This document shows positions 36,220 to 46,293 of a stretch of DNA of 64,000 nt, in pieces. The notes under the pieces are model-generated. The model was given only the letters and a program-made list of their open reading frames with translations. It was not told the DNA's origin and searched no databases. Numbering within the stretch: position 1 is the stretch's first letter; each line of letters begins with the position of its first letter. Source of the stretch: Clostridia bacterium (lineage in GTDB: Bacteria; Bacillota; Clostridia; Saccharofermentanales; UBA5734); the NCBI GenBank assembly GCA_040772725.1, contig JAXGXR010000002.1, positions 559,217 through 623,216 of the forward strand. The letters are read 5' to 3'. A program made the position numbers and the translations under genes.

Positions 36220-36561
36220 ATGGCGGCGAGCATCATCAATCTGGAAAGCGGAATGCCCAAGACCGAGGCGGCCATGATGCGTTTGAAACTGGAACTGGCG
36301 ACATTGCGTCGCTGTGGGATCCGCAGTATCAAGATCATTCACGGCTATGGCTCGACCGGCTCGGGTGGCTCGATTCGCATCGCGACCCGCAATTATCTGC
36401 ACGATCAGCTGCGGCAGGGCCGGATCAGGGCCTTTTGCCCGGGCGAGCAGTTTGGACCTTTTGAAGCGAATGGGCGAAAAGCCATCCAGCTGATGCCCTC
36501 TTTCCGGACCGATCCGGATTGGGGCCGTCAGAACGAGGGGATCACCATTGTCGTTGTCTGA
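36220..36561 (+). CDS. Smr-domain protein
   Basis: Contains IKIIHGYGSTGSGG (Smr HGxG-type motif) in a 113-aa ORF. Confidence 0.65.
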   Translation: MAASIINLESGMPKTEAAMMRLKLELATLRRCGIRSIKIIHGYGSTGSGGSIRIATRNYLHDQLRQGRIRAFCPGEQFGPFEANGRKAIQLMPSFRTDPDWGRQNEGITIVVV

Positions 36562-37330
36562 ACCGCTCATCATCATCGTGGAGGATGACTCGGTCATTGC
36601 CGAACTGCTTGAATTCAACCTGCAGAACAATGGCTACAGGACCCGGAGCTTTCGCGACGGTCCAGCGATGCTGGCCGAACTGTCCAGTCTCATGCCGGTG
36701 TCCCTGTTCATTCTCGACATCATGCTGCCGGGACCGGACGGCTTTGAAATCTGCCGACTGCTGAAAAACGATGCCGCGTCGGCGCCGGTCCCCGTTCTCA
36801 TGCTCACAGCCAGAAGCACCGAAAGCGACAAGGTGCGCGGCTTGACGATCGGAGCGGATGATTACATCACCAAGCCGTTTGGTGTCCGTGAGTTCCTGGC
36901 TCGCGTCGCGGCTCTCCTGCGCCGATATGGCAACGCCCCACGGCCGGCCGTCTCGCCTGACGCTGAATCAGGCGCGTCTCTGCCGCAACAGGATGAGAAG
37001 GGTTTCACATCGGAAACGATCCAGTTCGGACCGATCCGGATCGATGATCAACGACATCGTGTGTTTCTCAAGGGCAATGAAATCAACATGACAAACCGGG
37101 AATACGAATTGCTCAAGTTCCTGATCGTGAACCGTGGGATTGCCTTTACACGTGACGAACTTCTCAATGCGGTCTGGGGCTTTGAATACAGCGGGGAAAC
37201 CCGGACAGTCGATGTTCATGTCCGTCAGTTGCGGAGAAAGATCGAGGAAGATGACGCCAACCCGATGTTCATCCAGACAGTCCGGGGTCGCGGGTATCGA
37301 TTCACCGATCGTAACGAACCGCCATTGTGA
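36548..37330 (+). CDS. OmpR-family response regulator (no kinase gene nearby)
   Basis: The receiver domain shows IIIVEDD, FILDIMLPGPDG, LTAR and ITKPF. A ~40-aa linker follows. The winged helix reads REYELLKFL...TVDVHVRQLRRKI...VRGRGYRF. Confidence 0.88.
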   Translation: MSLSEPLIIIVEDDSVIAELLEFNLQNNGYRTRSFRDGPAMLAELSSLMPVSLFILDIMLPGPDGFEICRLLKNDAASAPVPVLMLTARSTESDKVRGLTIGADDYITKPFGVREFLARVAALLRRYGNAPRPAVSPDAESGASLPQQDEKGFTSETIQFGPIRIDDQRHRVFLKGNEINMTNREYELLKFLIVNRGIAFTRDELLNAVWGFEYSGETRTVDVHVRQLRRKIEEDDANPMFIQTVRGRGYRFTDRNEPPL

Positions 37331-37393
37331 TAGAATATGGAAGACCCGGTCAGACTGCAGTCTGGCTTCCAGGGTCAGATCATACCGGAGGCG

Positions 37394-38053
37394 ATGATGG
37401 ACCAGCAATCAACGGAGTTTGAAAAGCAGGACGATTCGGCTGGCAGGACAACAGACTCCTGGCCGAGATTCCTTGAAGATTGCGCGCGGTGCCGCCAGTG
37501 CGCGCTGGGTGAGACGCGCCAGCAGGTTGTGGTTCACCGGGGCGCGATCCGGGCGCCCTTGATGATCATTGGCGAGGGCCCCGGTGCCGAAGAGGACATC
37601 CAGGGAAAACCCTTCGTCGGCGCGGCCGGCCGGCTGCTGGACCTGCTTCTGACAGCCTTGGGTTTTTCCGAGGATGACTTCCACATCGCGAACATCGTCA
37701 AATGCAGACCACCGGACAACCGGGTGCCGACCCCGGACGAAGCCAAGGCGTGCAGGCCCCTGTTCGCCCGCCAGTTCCGGTTTGCCAAGCCAGTCTACAT
37801 AGTTCTGTTAGGGGCGACTGCTTACAAATATTTCACCGGAATGAACGATGGCATTTCAAAAGTGCGAGGCCGTTTCATTAAAAAAAACGGGTATCGCATC
37901 ATGCCGACCTTCCATCCGGCTTATATCCTGAGAAATGACCGGGAGCGGGTTTCTCTATTTCAAGACCTGGCAACCGTTCGCTCAGCCATGGAGACGGATG
38001 GTCTGCTGGAACCGCTTGATGGTCCGCCAGCCATGCCGACGGGCCGTCGTTGA
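37394..38053 (+). CDS. Uracil-DNA glycosylase, family 4
   Basis: Contains CRQCALGETR...MIIGEGPGAEEDIQGKPFVGAAGRLLD...HPAYILRN. Confidence 0.85.
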   Translation: MMDQQSTEFEKQDDSAGRTTDSWPRFLEDCARCRQCALGETRQQVVVHRGAIRAPLMIIGEGPGAEEDIQGKPFVGAAGRLLDLLLTALGFSEDDFHIANIVKCRPPDNRVPTPDEAKACRPLFARQFRFAKPVYIVLLGATAYKYFTGMNDGISKVRGRFIKKNGYRIMPTFHPAYILRNDRERVSLFQDLATVRSAMETDGLLEPLDGPPAMPTGRR

Positions 38054-38069
38054 CAAGGAGCGATCCGAC

Positions 38070-38564
38070 ATGTACTTGGAAAACAACCAGATCCGTCGTT
38101 TTCCTCTGAAAGGTATCCTGGCCTGGAGTGCTGTGGTGGTCTGGATGGGCCTGATCTTTTACCTGTCCCATCAGCCAGCCACCGAGTCGTCCGGGTTAAG
38201 CCGGATGGTCTCGGAAAATCTGCTTCGACTCATCGGCAGAGGCCAGGACATCATGCTTGTCGAGTTGGTCAACCACTGGATCCGGATCCTGGCCCATGGG
38301 TTCTCTTTCTTTGTCCTGGCCTTGCTGGTGAGCATTGCCTTCAGGAAGGTCCAGGTCATTGATCTGCCAAACGCCCTGCTGACACTGATCTTTTCGTTGC
38401 TTTACGCCGCGTTGGACGAATGGCACCAGTCAGCCGTGCCGGGCCGGAGCAGCGAGTGGGTGGATTTTTTCACGGATGCGGGCGGCATTGTCCTGGCGGT
38501 GATCATCCTGCAAGTTTATTGGACCTTGAAAAGGGTCAACGCCGAGCTTTCGGTCGACGTCTGA
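38070..38564 (+). CDS. VanZ-family membrane protein
   Basis: Multi-TM. Contains LIFYLSHQPATESS and DEWHQSAVPGRSSEWVDFFTD, typical VanZ motifs. Confidence 0.75.
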   Translation: MYLENNQIRRFPLKGILAWSAVVVWMGLIFYLSHQPATESSGLSRMVSENLLRLIGRGQDIMLVELVNHWIRILAHGFSFFVLALLVSIAFRKVQVIDLPNALLTLIFSLLYAALDEWHQSAVPGRSSEWVDFFTDAGGIVLAVIILQVYWTLKRVNAELSVDV

Positions 38565-39882
38565 ACAGTCGTCTGTCAAGGGACAGGACGACGATCAGGC
38601 CCAGGAGCGTACCGATCAGGATCCCGACGATCACACCCGCCATTGAAAACGATACTTGACTCATTCCGAACTGTACACGCAATTCTTCCAGAAAACCGGC
38701 AAGAGCCGGATCCTTGACACCTCCCGGCTCGACGCTTTCAGAAGTTGTCGGCAATGATCCCGTCTGGCTTTCGTCGATCGGGTCAGTTTGCGACCGGGTT
38801 GTTTGAGTTGTATCAGTGGCAGGCGTGGACGGGGTCGGGGCAATCGTCGGTGCAGGGGTGGGGGTTGGCGTGACTGTGGGAGAAGGCTTGCTGCTGTCAT
38901 GCAAGATCGCGCCCTCCTCAAGAAGTGTCCTCATGTAGGCAAACTTGTTGGTGTCACGCAGGGAAGCAGGAACCTTGAGGATCACACCGATCAGCTCGGT
39001 TCCGTCTTCGGTCGTCGCAGCGGCGACCAGACAGTCCCCGGCCGCGTTGGTGTAACCGGTTTTCACACCGATGATGTCTGTCAGCCGGTCAGACGCGTAA
39101 TAACTGTCATCAAAAACCATCAGGCGGTTTGTACTGCTCAGGATGGCCCATCCGTTGTATGGATGCAGGTTCGTCGCCGGCATGGAGCAGGTTTTGAGAG
39201 AAACCAGTTCCCGGAAACGACTGTCGGCCAGTGCATCAGACGTGATCAAGGCCAGGTCTCGTGCGGTCGTGATATGCTGTTCCTGATGGATTCCGGAAGG
39301 GTTGAGAAAATTTGTCCGGGTCGCGCCCGCTTTTCGCGCCCGTTCGTTCATCAGTGCCGCGAACCGGTCGATTGAGCCGCCGACCGCTTCGGCGACTGCA
39401 TTGGCCGCGTCATTGCCGGAGGCCACCATGAGGCCGGCCAGCAGGTCCTTGACAACAACCTGCTCTCCCGCTTTGAACCCGACCTTGGTGTATCCGGATG
39501 GCAGGTTGACCGCTTCGGCCGAGATCTTGACCGTATCCTCCGGATCAAGCCGCTCCAGCCCGAGCAAGGCGGTGACAATCTTGGTCGTGCTGGCCGGATA
39601 CAGTTTGAGATCGGCCTCTTTTTCCAGAAGGACGGTGCCGCTTTGCCGCTCAAGAACAATATAGGCACCGCACTGGATGTCGGCAAGTTCCGGCCATTTG
39701 CCGGATCCATTGGCAGTTTCAGCATCCGTCGGCCATGCGATGGCCGAGGGTGCTGTTGCCGCTTCAACTGCCAGTGGTGACGATCCGGCCGGCAGTATGG
39801 CCAGGCACAGGGCGAGAACGAACAGCCAGACCGGTTTCTTCCGATTTGGGCTCAATGACCGGGATGGGGATTTCATAAGCAT
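38536..39882 (-). CDS. D-alanyl-D-alanine carboxypeptidase (S11, PBP5-type) with a Thr/Pro linker and C-terminal TM anchor
   Basis: A signal peptide follows MLMKSP. The motifs SxxK (ASTTKIV), SGN and KTGYT are present. The C-terminus has a TPTPTPAPT linker and the TM segment IVGILIGTLLGLIVVL. Confidence 0.85.
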   Translation of the reverse strand: MLMKSPSRSLSPNRKKPVWLFVLALCLAILPAGSSPLAVEAATAPSAIAWPTDAETANGSGKWPELADIQCGAYIVLERQSGTVLLEKEADLKLYPASTTKIVTALLGLERLDPEDTVKISAEAVNLPSGYTKVGFKAGEQVVVKDLLAGLMVASGNDAANAVAEAVGGSIDRFAALMNERARKAGATRTNFLNPSGIHQEQHITTARDLALITSDALADSRFRELVSLKTCSMPATNLHPYNGWAILSSTNRLMVFDDSYYASDRLTDIIGVKTGYTNAAGDCLVAAATTEDGTELIGVILKVPASLRDTNKFAYMRTLLEEGAILHDSSKPSPTVTPTPTPAPTIAPTPSTPATDTTQTTRSQTDPIDESQTGSLPTTSESVEPGGVKDPALAGFLEELRVQFGMSQVSFSMAGVIVGILIGTLLGLIVVLSLDRRLFRRRPKARR

Positions 39883-39925
39883 CAGCTCAAGACCTCGTTC
39901 TCGCGCCGGAGCGGGAGCGCATTCG

Positions 39926-40612
39926 TCAATCCAGGGGTGCCGGAGGGTATTCCGTGCAAAGCAACCTGAACGGCGGCTCATCTTCTTCGATTGCCGGGAA
40001 CCGACCAACAGGCTCAAGAAAACGGTTGTCGGTCTCGTCGTCATTGCAAAGCGACACCTCACCGATCAGGACGGGGCCAAGGCCGTCCTCGACATGGATA
40101 TTGTGGTAGGTGCCCTTGCGCAACGTAATGCTTTCACCGGGCACGAGCCGAATCGTGGTGCCGGCCGGCACCTGGTAGTTTCGACCATCCTGGCTGACCG
40201 CGACCTCCGTGTCAGCCAGCAGACCTTCTTCGGTGGCATTGTACAGGTCCAGAAGCAGGTTGCCCCCGCCACGATTGATGATGTCCTCCATTTTGTACCA
40301 ATGGAAGTGCATGGGGGACAGCTGGCCCTCCTTCAAGACAAGCAGTTTTTCAGCGTAAGGCTTGTCATACCGGGGGTCTCGCTGATTGCCGTTTCTGATC
40401 GTCACCAGCGCCATGCCGACTTTGTCAAAGTCGCCCAGACCATAGTCCGTGATATCCCAACCGAGCCGGTTGTCACGGATTTCGTCGTATTCATGACCTT
40501 TGTCAGCCCAGACCTCAGGCGACCAGGCGGTGAACGGCGGCAGCCGGAAACCTGATCGTTGTGCAAAATCCAGCGTCTCACGGATGACCGCATTGATTTG
40601 TGACCGTTTCAT
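39926..40612 (-). CDS. D-lyxose/D-mannose-family sugar isomerase (cupin)
   Basis: Contains LSPMHFHWYKMEDIINRGGGNLL and GESITLRKGTYH. Confidence 0.75.
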   Translation of the reverse strand: MKRSQINAVIRETLDFAQRSGFRLPPFTAWSPEVWADKGHEYDEIRDNRLGWDITDYGLGDFDKVGMALVTIRNGNQRDPRYDKPYAEKLLVLKEGQLSPMHFHWYKMEDIINRGGGNLLLDLYNATEEGLLADTEVAVSQDGRNYQVPAGTTIRLVPGESITLRKGTYHNIHVEDGLGPVLIGEVSLCNDDETDNRFLEPVGRFPAIEEDEPPFRLLCTEYPPAPLD

Positions 40613-40674
40613 GAAAACCTCCATAAATCTCACATTGGAATCACTTCCGCTGGTGCATGAAGGAACGGCTTGCT

Positions 40675-41013
40675 CTAAAGGGTGATCACCTGATAACCCT
40701 GTTCAAGGTATAAGGCCATCGACGGGTGGCCGTTCATGTCATCCCCCAGCGGTATGCCGCAGGTCTCATTGTAATCGAGAACCCCCATTTTAGCTGAGCA
40801 GGCCCGGCAGACACTGGCGAACAAACCTGCCTCCTTCACCTTTCCATAAAGCGGATTGGCGGACTCCTCGAGCTCCCGGATCAGCTTGACGGCTTCCCCT
40901 TCCATGACGATCCTGGCCTCATGGCCCTTCTGGCTGAGGTCAAGCGCGTTCAACAGAACATGGATAAAGCACATCGGGTCGCCCCTGAACGCGAAAATGA
41001 CAAATTTGCCCAT
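40675..41013 (-). CDS. DsrE-family (sulfur-relay-like) small protein
   Basis: MGKFVIFAFRGDPMCFIHVLLNALDL...VCRACSAKMG matches my memory of clostridial DsrE-family proteins. Confidence 0.55.
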   Translation of the reverse strand: MGKFVIFAFRGDPMCFIHVLLNALDLSQKGHEARIVMEGEAVKLIRELEESANPLYGKVKEAGLFASVCRACSAKMGVLDYNETCGIPLGDDMNGHPSMALYLEQGYQVITL

Positions 41014-41356
41014 TGATCAGCACCTCGCTTTCCTTTCCATTATATCAATGAAAAAAACTGATGACAGACTGTTTTCAGTGTGAGATGATAAAACAGTCTG
41101 TCTACCTTGGATCACATTCCAGAATTCTACCAGACCGGTCTATTCGTTGTTGACATCGCCAATACCTAGTGTTACCATTGTTTTGATATTGTGTAATATG
41201 TCAATTCTATTACACTTTTAACGATAAACCGCCTATACTTCGGCCGTCGGCCGATCTGACATCACCGATTCTGCAGCAAAGGGGGGATATTCGTAAACAC
41301 ATTCATATTTTGTCGTTTCCAATTGTCCCAAAATAAAAGTCAGAAAAGGAGAAACC

Positions 41357-42628
41357 ATGAGTAAAAAGATTCTTGCCTTGATTCTTGCCATTTCCATGCT
41401 CGCGGCCCTGGTTGGCTGCGGCAGCACCGCCACAACGACCGCGGCGACGACCGCCGCGACCACCGCCGGCACTACCGCTGGCACGACGGGCGGCACGACT
41501 GCTGCTCCCGCCGGCGAATTCCTGATCGGCACTTACCTGCAGCTGTCCGGCGCCAACCAGGTTGCTGGCGATGACGGCAAGCGCGGCATCGAAATCGCGA
41601 TCAAGCAGATCAACGCTGCTGGCGGATTCAATGGCGCGAAAGTTGTCACCAAGCATTACGACACCACCGGTAAGCCGGAAGAGGCTGTCAAAGTGGTCCA
41701 GAAGATGCTCGCCAGCGACAACGTCGACGCGATCATCGGCTCCATCAACTCCAACGAAGTATCGGCCTGTATCTCCTACATCAATGACGCCAAGGTCTTC
41801 AATTTCGGCCTCGGCACCTCCGCCACCTGGATGGCTGACACCAGCCGCATCTGGACCTTCCGCGCAAGCGCAAACAACAACCGTATCGTCCCACAGAAGG
41901 CCGACCTGATTAAGAGGCTTGGCTACAAAACCGTCGCCGTCATCAACGGCACGGACGACACCGGCAAGTCCACTGCTGACGCGTTCATCGAGGCCTGCCA
42001 AGAAAAGGGTATCGAAGTGGTTGCCCGTGAGCAGACAAATCAGAACGACACAGATTTTTCCGGTCAGATCTCCAGACTTCTTGCCAAGGACCCTGATACC
42101 ATCTTCATGTCGCTGATCGGCACCACCTTCGGACCGTTCGTCAAGCAGCTCCGTGACAAAGGCTACAAGGGCATGATCGCCTGCAAGGAGACCTTCTCCC
42201 CGATCTACCAGCAGACCGCTGGCGTGCAGAACTCCAACTACATCTACTATGCATATCCTTATGTCACCTATGCCAAGATCGAAGACTGCGAAATCCCGAA
42301 CATGAAGGCCTTCCTGGAACTGTATTATGCAGATTACAATGAAATGCCCCGTCATGAAGGTGCCTACCGTGGTTATGACACCATGATGGCCATGTGGGAA
42401 GCCGCAAAGATCGCTGGCAAGAATGACGACGAATCCTTGCGTCAGGCCATGCACAAGGTCAAGATCGAAGGCCTCGGCGGTACATTGGACTACACCAAGG
42501 GCGACCGCGAAGGCTACAGCGAATTCAAAGAATTCATCCTGATCGATGGCAAAGACATCCCGATGGATCAGTGGCTGGCGTCCGGCGGCTATGAAGCTTA
42601 CAAGGCCGCGACAGGCCGCGACAGATAA
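41357..42628 (+). CDS. ABC transporter substrate-binding lipoprotein (branched-chain amino acid, LivK-like)
   Basis: The lipobox is LVGCGS. A Thr/Ala-rich linker follows. The type-I periplasmic binding fold is supported by GIEIAIKQINAAGG. The gene heads a livHMGF-like operon. Confidence 0.85.
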   Translation: MSKKILALILAISMLAALVGCGSTATTTAATTAATTAGTTAGTTGGTTAAPAGEFLIGTYLQLSGANQVAGDDGKRGIEIAIKQINAAGGFNGAKVVTKHYDTTGKPEEAVKVVQKMLASDNVDAIIGSINSNEVSACISYINDAKVFNFGLGTSATWMADTSRIWTFRASANNNRIVPQKADLIKRLGYKTVAVINGTDDTGKSTADAFIEACQEKGIEVVAREQTNQNDTDFSGQISRLLAKDPDTIFMSLIGTTFGPFVKQLRDKGYKGMIACKETFSPIYQQTAGVQNSNYIYYAYPYVTYAKIEDCEIPNMKAFLELYYADYNEMPRHEGAYRGYDTMMAMWEAAKIAGKNDDESLRQAMHKVKIEGLGGTLDYTKGDREGYSEFKEFILIDGKDIPMDQWLASGGYEAYKAATGRDR

Positions 42629-42792
42629 TCAATCGGACTCAGACTTGTTGTAGAGTCTATTTCAAGCTTCGCTGACAACGCCTGTTAGTATTGCTTTATG
42701 AAAAGGGCGGGCAAAACAAGAATATGTTTTGCCCGCCCTCGTTCAAGCAAATCATGAAGTAGGCGTGATTTGTCAGAATAGGGGGAATATGA

Positions 42793-43674
42793 ATGACCCA
42801 GTTTATTGATCTGCTGGTCAGCGGTCTGATCATCGGCTCGATCTATGGCCTGATTGCCCTCGGCTATAGCCTGATTTACCGGGCATCTGGTCTGATGAGC
42901 TTCGTTCAAGGTGATATGATCACGCTTGGCGCTTATTTAGGCATCACCTTTTTCAAAGTACTCGGTTTGCCGATCTATCTTTCGCTCCTGCTGACCTTCC
43001 TGGCAGCTTTCGCTTTCGGCATGCTGCTGGAGAAAGGCATCATCAGGATCATGCTGAACAGGAACATCATCACCATCTATATTGTCCTCGCGACCATCGC
43101 GGTTTCCTATATCATCCAGAATGCCGCACAGGCAGCCTATGGATCCGCGCCCCAGGTATTCCCGCAGGTGTTCCAAAAACCCACCCTGACCATTATCGGC
43201 GTCACATCCCAGACTGAAGCCTGGGTTGCCTTGGCCGTTTCCCTGGTCCTCATGATGATATTGCACTTCTTCATGACCAAAACCAAATTTGGCACGGCCA
43301 TGCGCGGCTCCGCGATGGATGCGATGGCCGCAGAATCTCTTGGGATCAACACATCCTTGAGCATTGGCATCACTTGGGGGCTGTCAGCAGCGATTGCTTC
43401 TATTGCGGGTATGTTGCTGGGACCCATGTACGGTGTCTATACCACCTTAGGTTCGACCATCGGACGCAAAGGTTTTGCCGGTGCGGTCATGGGTGGATAC
43501 GGCAACATGTACGGTGCCATGGTTGGCGGACTGCTGCTCGGTATGGCCGAGACTTTCGTTGCCGGCTACTGGAGTGGCACCTATAAGGACCTCATCGCCT
43601 ATACGCTCCTGATTCTCTTCCTGTTTGTCAAGCCCACCGGTATCTTCAACGAGCGGGCTATCCAGGATGTATAA
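42793..43674 (+). CDS. livH: Branched-chain amino acid ABC permease
   Basis: A multi-TM LivH-type sequence (LVSGLIIGSIYGLIALGYSLIY...). Confidence 0.85.
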   Translation: MTQFIDLLVSGLIIGSIYGLIALGYSLIYRASGLMSFVQGDMITLGAYLGITFFKVLGLPIYLSLLLTFLAAFAFGMLLEKGIIRIMLNRNIITIYIVLATIAVSYIIQNAAQAAYGSAPQVFPQVFQKPTLTIIGVTSQTEAWVALAVSLVLMMILHFFMTKTKFGTAMRGSAMDAMAAESLGINTSLSIGITWGLSAAIASIAGMLLGPMYGVYTTLGSTIGRKGFAGAVMGGYGNMYGAMVGGLLLGMAETFVAGYWSGTYKDLIAYTLLILFLFVKPTGIFNERAIQDV

Positions 43675-43693
43675 GGAGAGGGGGGTTCATCAG

Positions 43694-44677
43694 TTGAAAA
43701 ATCAGAATATCCAAAAGCGATTGCCCTTGTTGGGGATCCTTGCGGCAGTAGTCCTTGCACTGCCTTTCCTGCTAAAACTGACGTCTGGCAATGATTACTT
43801 GACCACTATTGCATGCTTTGCCCTGCTATATATCATTGCTGTCAATGGACTGGATATCCTGTTCGGTTATAGCGGCCAGATTTCCCTAGGCCATGCCGCT
43901 TTCTTTTCGATCGGCGGCTATACCACAGGTATGTTAGCCAAATATTTTCAAATTCCTCTTTACTTCACGATCCCAATCGCAGCGATATTGGCCTGTGCCA
44001 TCGGCGCGTTGCTGGCCTATCCGGCCTCCAAACTCAAATTCCACTTCCTGTCGCTGGCAACGATTGCTTTTGGTGAAATCATCCTCAACCTCGCCAATGT
44101 TTCTCCGGGAGGTGTGACAGGCGACAATCTGGGCATGCCGGTTATTGGTATAAAATTCCTGTCCAACACGACCCGATGGTATTATTTTCTATTGTTCTTT
44201 GTCGTTATTGCGCTCCTGTACAAGACATCGCTGGTCAAGTCCCGTGTCGGCCGCGCATTTATGGCGATCCGCGAGAACACGCATGCCGCGGACGGCATGG
44301 GTGTCAATGTCCACAAATACAAGATTATCGCCTTTGCGATCAGTGCTTTCTACACCGGTTTCGCGGGTGCCATGTATGCCCATTTTATGAAATACATGAA
44401 TCCCAATAACGCGGAGTTGACCCAGTCGGTTATGTTCCTGACCATGCTGTTGTTTGGCGGTACTGCTTCGCTGGTTGGACCGATCCTGGGCGTTGTCCTG
44501 ATCACTGTTCTGATGGAACTCATCCGGCCGTTGCAGGAGTATCAGATGCTGTTCTTCGGTGTCTTGCTTCTGGTTGTTATCATTGCCTTGCCGGGCGGGT
44601 TCTACGGTGGTATCAAAGATGCAAGAGAGTCCATTGAGAAGCGTAAACTGCAAAAAGCCCAACTGGGGCGTAAATAG
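43694..44677 (+). CDS. livM: Branched-chain amino acid ABC permease
   Basis: Multi-TM with GYSGQISLGHAAFFSIGGY. A TTG start at 43694 lies behind RBS aaggagag. An alternative ATG is at 43667. Confidence 0.8.
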   Translation: MKNQNIQKRLPLLGILAAVVLALPFLLKLTSGNDYLTTIACFALLYIIAVNGLDILFGYSGQISLGHAAFFSIGGYTTGMLAKYFQIPLYFTIPIAAILACAIGALLAYPASKLKFHFLSLATIAFGEIILNLANVSPGGVTGDNLGMPVIGIKFLSNTTRWYYFLLFFVVIALLYKTSLVKSRVGRAFMAIRENTHAADGMGVNVHKYKIIAFAISAFYTGFAGAMYAHFMKYMNPNNAELTQSVMFLTMLLFGGTASLVGPILGVVLITVLMELIRPLQEYQMLFFGVLLLVVIIALPGGFYGGIKDARESIEKRKLQKAQLGRK

Positions 44678-44695
44678 GAAGGACGGTGAGTGATC

Positions 44696-45454
44696 ATGCT
44701 GGAAACAAACAAGGTCACCATCAAGTTCGGCGGCCTGACTGCAGTCAATGAGGTCAGTATCAAAGTTCAGCCGAATTTAATCACCGCTCTGATTGGCCCG
44801 AACGGTGCGGGCAAGACCACACTATTCAACTGCATCAGCGGTGTTTATAAAATCAACAGCGGTGAAGTTCTGCTGGATGACAAGCACCTTGAGGGCAAGC
44901 GCGGATTCCAGATCAATGAAGCGGGCATTGCCCGGACATATCAGGTTATCAACCTGTTCTGGAAAATGAGTGTGATTGAAAATGTGCTGGTCGGCATGCA
45001 GTCCCGTCTTAAAGCCAATTTCTGGGACAGTCTGCTGCATACGAAGAAGAAGCGGGAAGAGGAGGCCCGAATCTATGCCCGAGCCCATGAACTGTTGCAG
45101 TTCGTCGGCTTGGACGAGTTCGCGAATGCCCCTGCGGGCAGTCTGTCGTATGGCAAGCAGAGACTGCTCGAAATCGTTCGCGGTCTGGCTGGTGATCCCA
45201 AAGTCATCCTGCTGGACGAGCCTGCTGCAGGCATGAATTCTGCAGAAAAGCTGGAGCTCGACGGCCTTCTCCAAAAAATCCTGAAGACCGGTGTCACGAT
45301 TCTGGTTGTTGAGCACGACATGAAGCTGATCATGAACATCAGCGACTACATTTATGTGCTGAACAGCGGCAAGCTCTTGGCTCAAGGAACTCCAACCGAG
45401 ATCCAGAACAATCCGGATGTCATAGCGGCATATCTCGGGGGTGAAGACGAATGA
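44696..45454 (+). CDS. livG: Branched-chain amino acid ABC transporter ATP-binding protein
   Basis: Walker A is GPNGAGKTT. The signature is LSYGKQRLLEI. Walker B is ILLDEPAAG. Confidence 0.88.
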   Translation: MLETNKVTIKFGGLTAVNEVSIKVQPNLITALIGPNGAGKTTLFNCISGVYKINSGEVLLDDKHLEGKRGFQINEAGIARTYQVINLFWKMSVIENVLVGMQSRLKANFWDSLLHTKKKREEEARIYARAHELLQFVGLDEFANAPAGSLSYGKQRLLEIVRGLAGDPKVILLDEPAAGMNSAEKLELDGLLQKILKTGVTILVVEHDMKLIMNISDYIYVLNSGKLLAQGTPTEIQNNPDVIAAYLGGEDE

Positions 45455-46170
45455 CAAAGATGCTTGAATTGATTGATTTCCATTACTACTATGGCAACAT
45501 CCACTCCGTCAAGGGCATCAGCTTGTATGTCGACGAGGGGGAAATGGTAGCCATGATCGGTGCCAACGGTGCCGGTAAAACCACGACCATGCAGACGATA
45601 TCGGGTCTGACCAAACGGCGTGGTGTCCAGGGTAAAATCCTCTTCAAAGGAATGGAGATACAGCATTACCCTGGTTACAAAGTGGCAAGCCTTGGTATCT
45701 CCCAGGCACTTGAGGGACGTCACGTCTTTGCGAAATTATCTGTAGAGGAAAACCTGATGCTGGGTGCGTACCTTCGTAAGGACAAGACGGGCATCAAGAA
45801 AGACATGGACAAGGTGTTCGAACGTTTCCCCCGTTTACTTGAACGTCGCGCCCAGATGGGAGGCACGCTTTCGGGCGGCGAGCAGCAGATGCTGGCCATT
45901 GGGCGCGCCCTGATCAATCGTCCGAAGCTCATGCTGATGGATGAGCCGTCGCTTGGACTCGCGCCGCTGATCACAAGGGAAATTTTTAAAGCGGTCCGTG
46001 AAATCAACGCCGAAGGAACAACAGTCCTGTTCGTCGAACAAAACTCAAAAATCGCGCTCTCAGTCGCACACCGGGCCTATGTCATGCAGACCGGCAAGAT
46101 AGTCATGACTGACAAATGCGAGAACCTGCTGGCGAACGATGACGTCAAGAAAGCATACCTTGGCGTCTGA
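45451..46170 (+). CDS. livF: Branched-chain amino acid ABC transporter ATP-binding protein
   Basis: Walker A is GANGAGKTT. The signature is LSGGEQQMLAIGRAL. Walker B is LMLMDEPSLGL. Confidence 0.88.
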   Translation: MTKMLELIDFHYYYGNIHSVKGISLYVDEGEMVAMIGANGAGKTTTMQTISGLTKRRGVQGKILFKGMEIQHYPGYKVASLGISQALEGRHVFAKLSVEENLMLGAYLRKDKTGIKKDMDKVFERFPRLLERRAQMGGTLSGGEQQMLAIGRALINRPKLMLMDEPSLGLAPLITREIFKAVREINAEGTTVLFVEQNSKIALSVAHRAYVMQTGKIVMTDKCENLLANDDVKKAYLGV

Positions 46171-46260
46171 CCTGCAACAAAGCATGTTATGATTGAAAAG
46201 GGGATGGCACTTCACCAAGCGCCACCCCCTTTTTCCTTTCTTGGTGCGCACCATGCAAAA

Positions 46261-46293
46261 GCCCCGTAACAGCAATGGTTACGGGGCTTTTTT
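46261..46293. terminator. Bidirectional rho-independent terminator (liv operon / tRNA-Gln)
   Basis: GCCCCGTAAC-agcaatg-GTTACGGGGC followed by TTTTTT. The complementary strand also ends in a T-run. Confidence 0.75.

Noticed and set aside
41400-41520. ACC/GCC/GGC-rich repetitive stretch.
   Set aside because: It encodes the Thr/Ala/Gly-rich linker directly after the lipobox of the substrate-binding lipoprotein. It is not a mobile or regulatory repeat.
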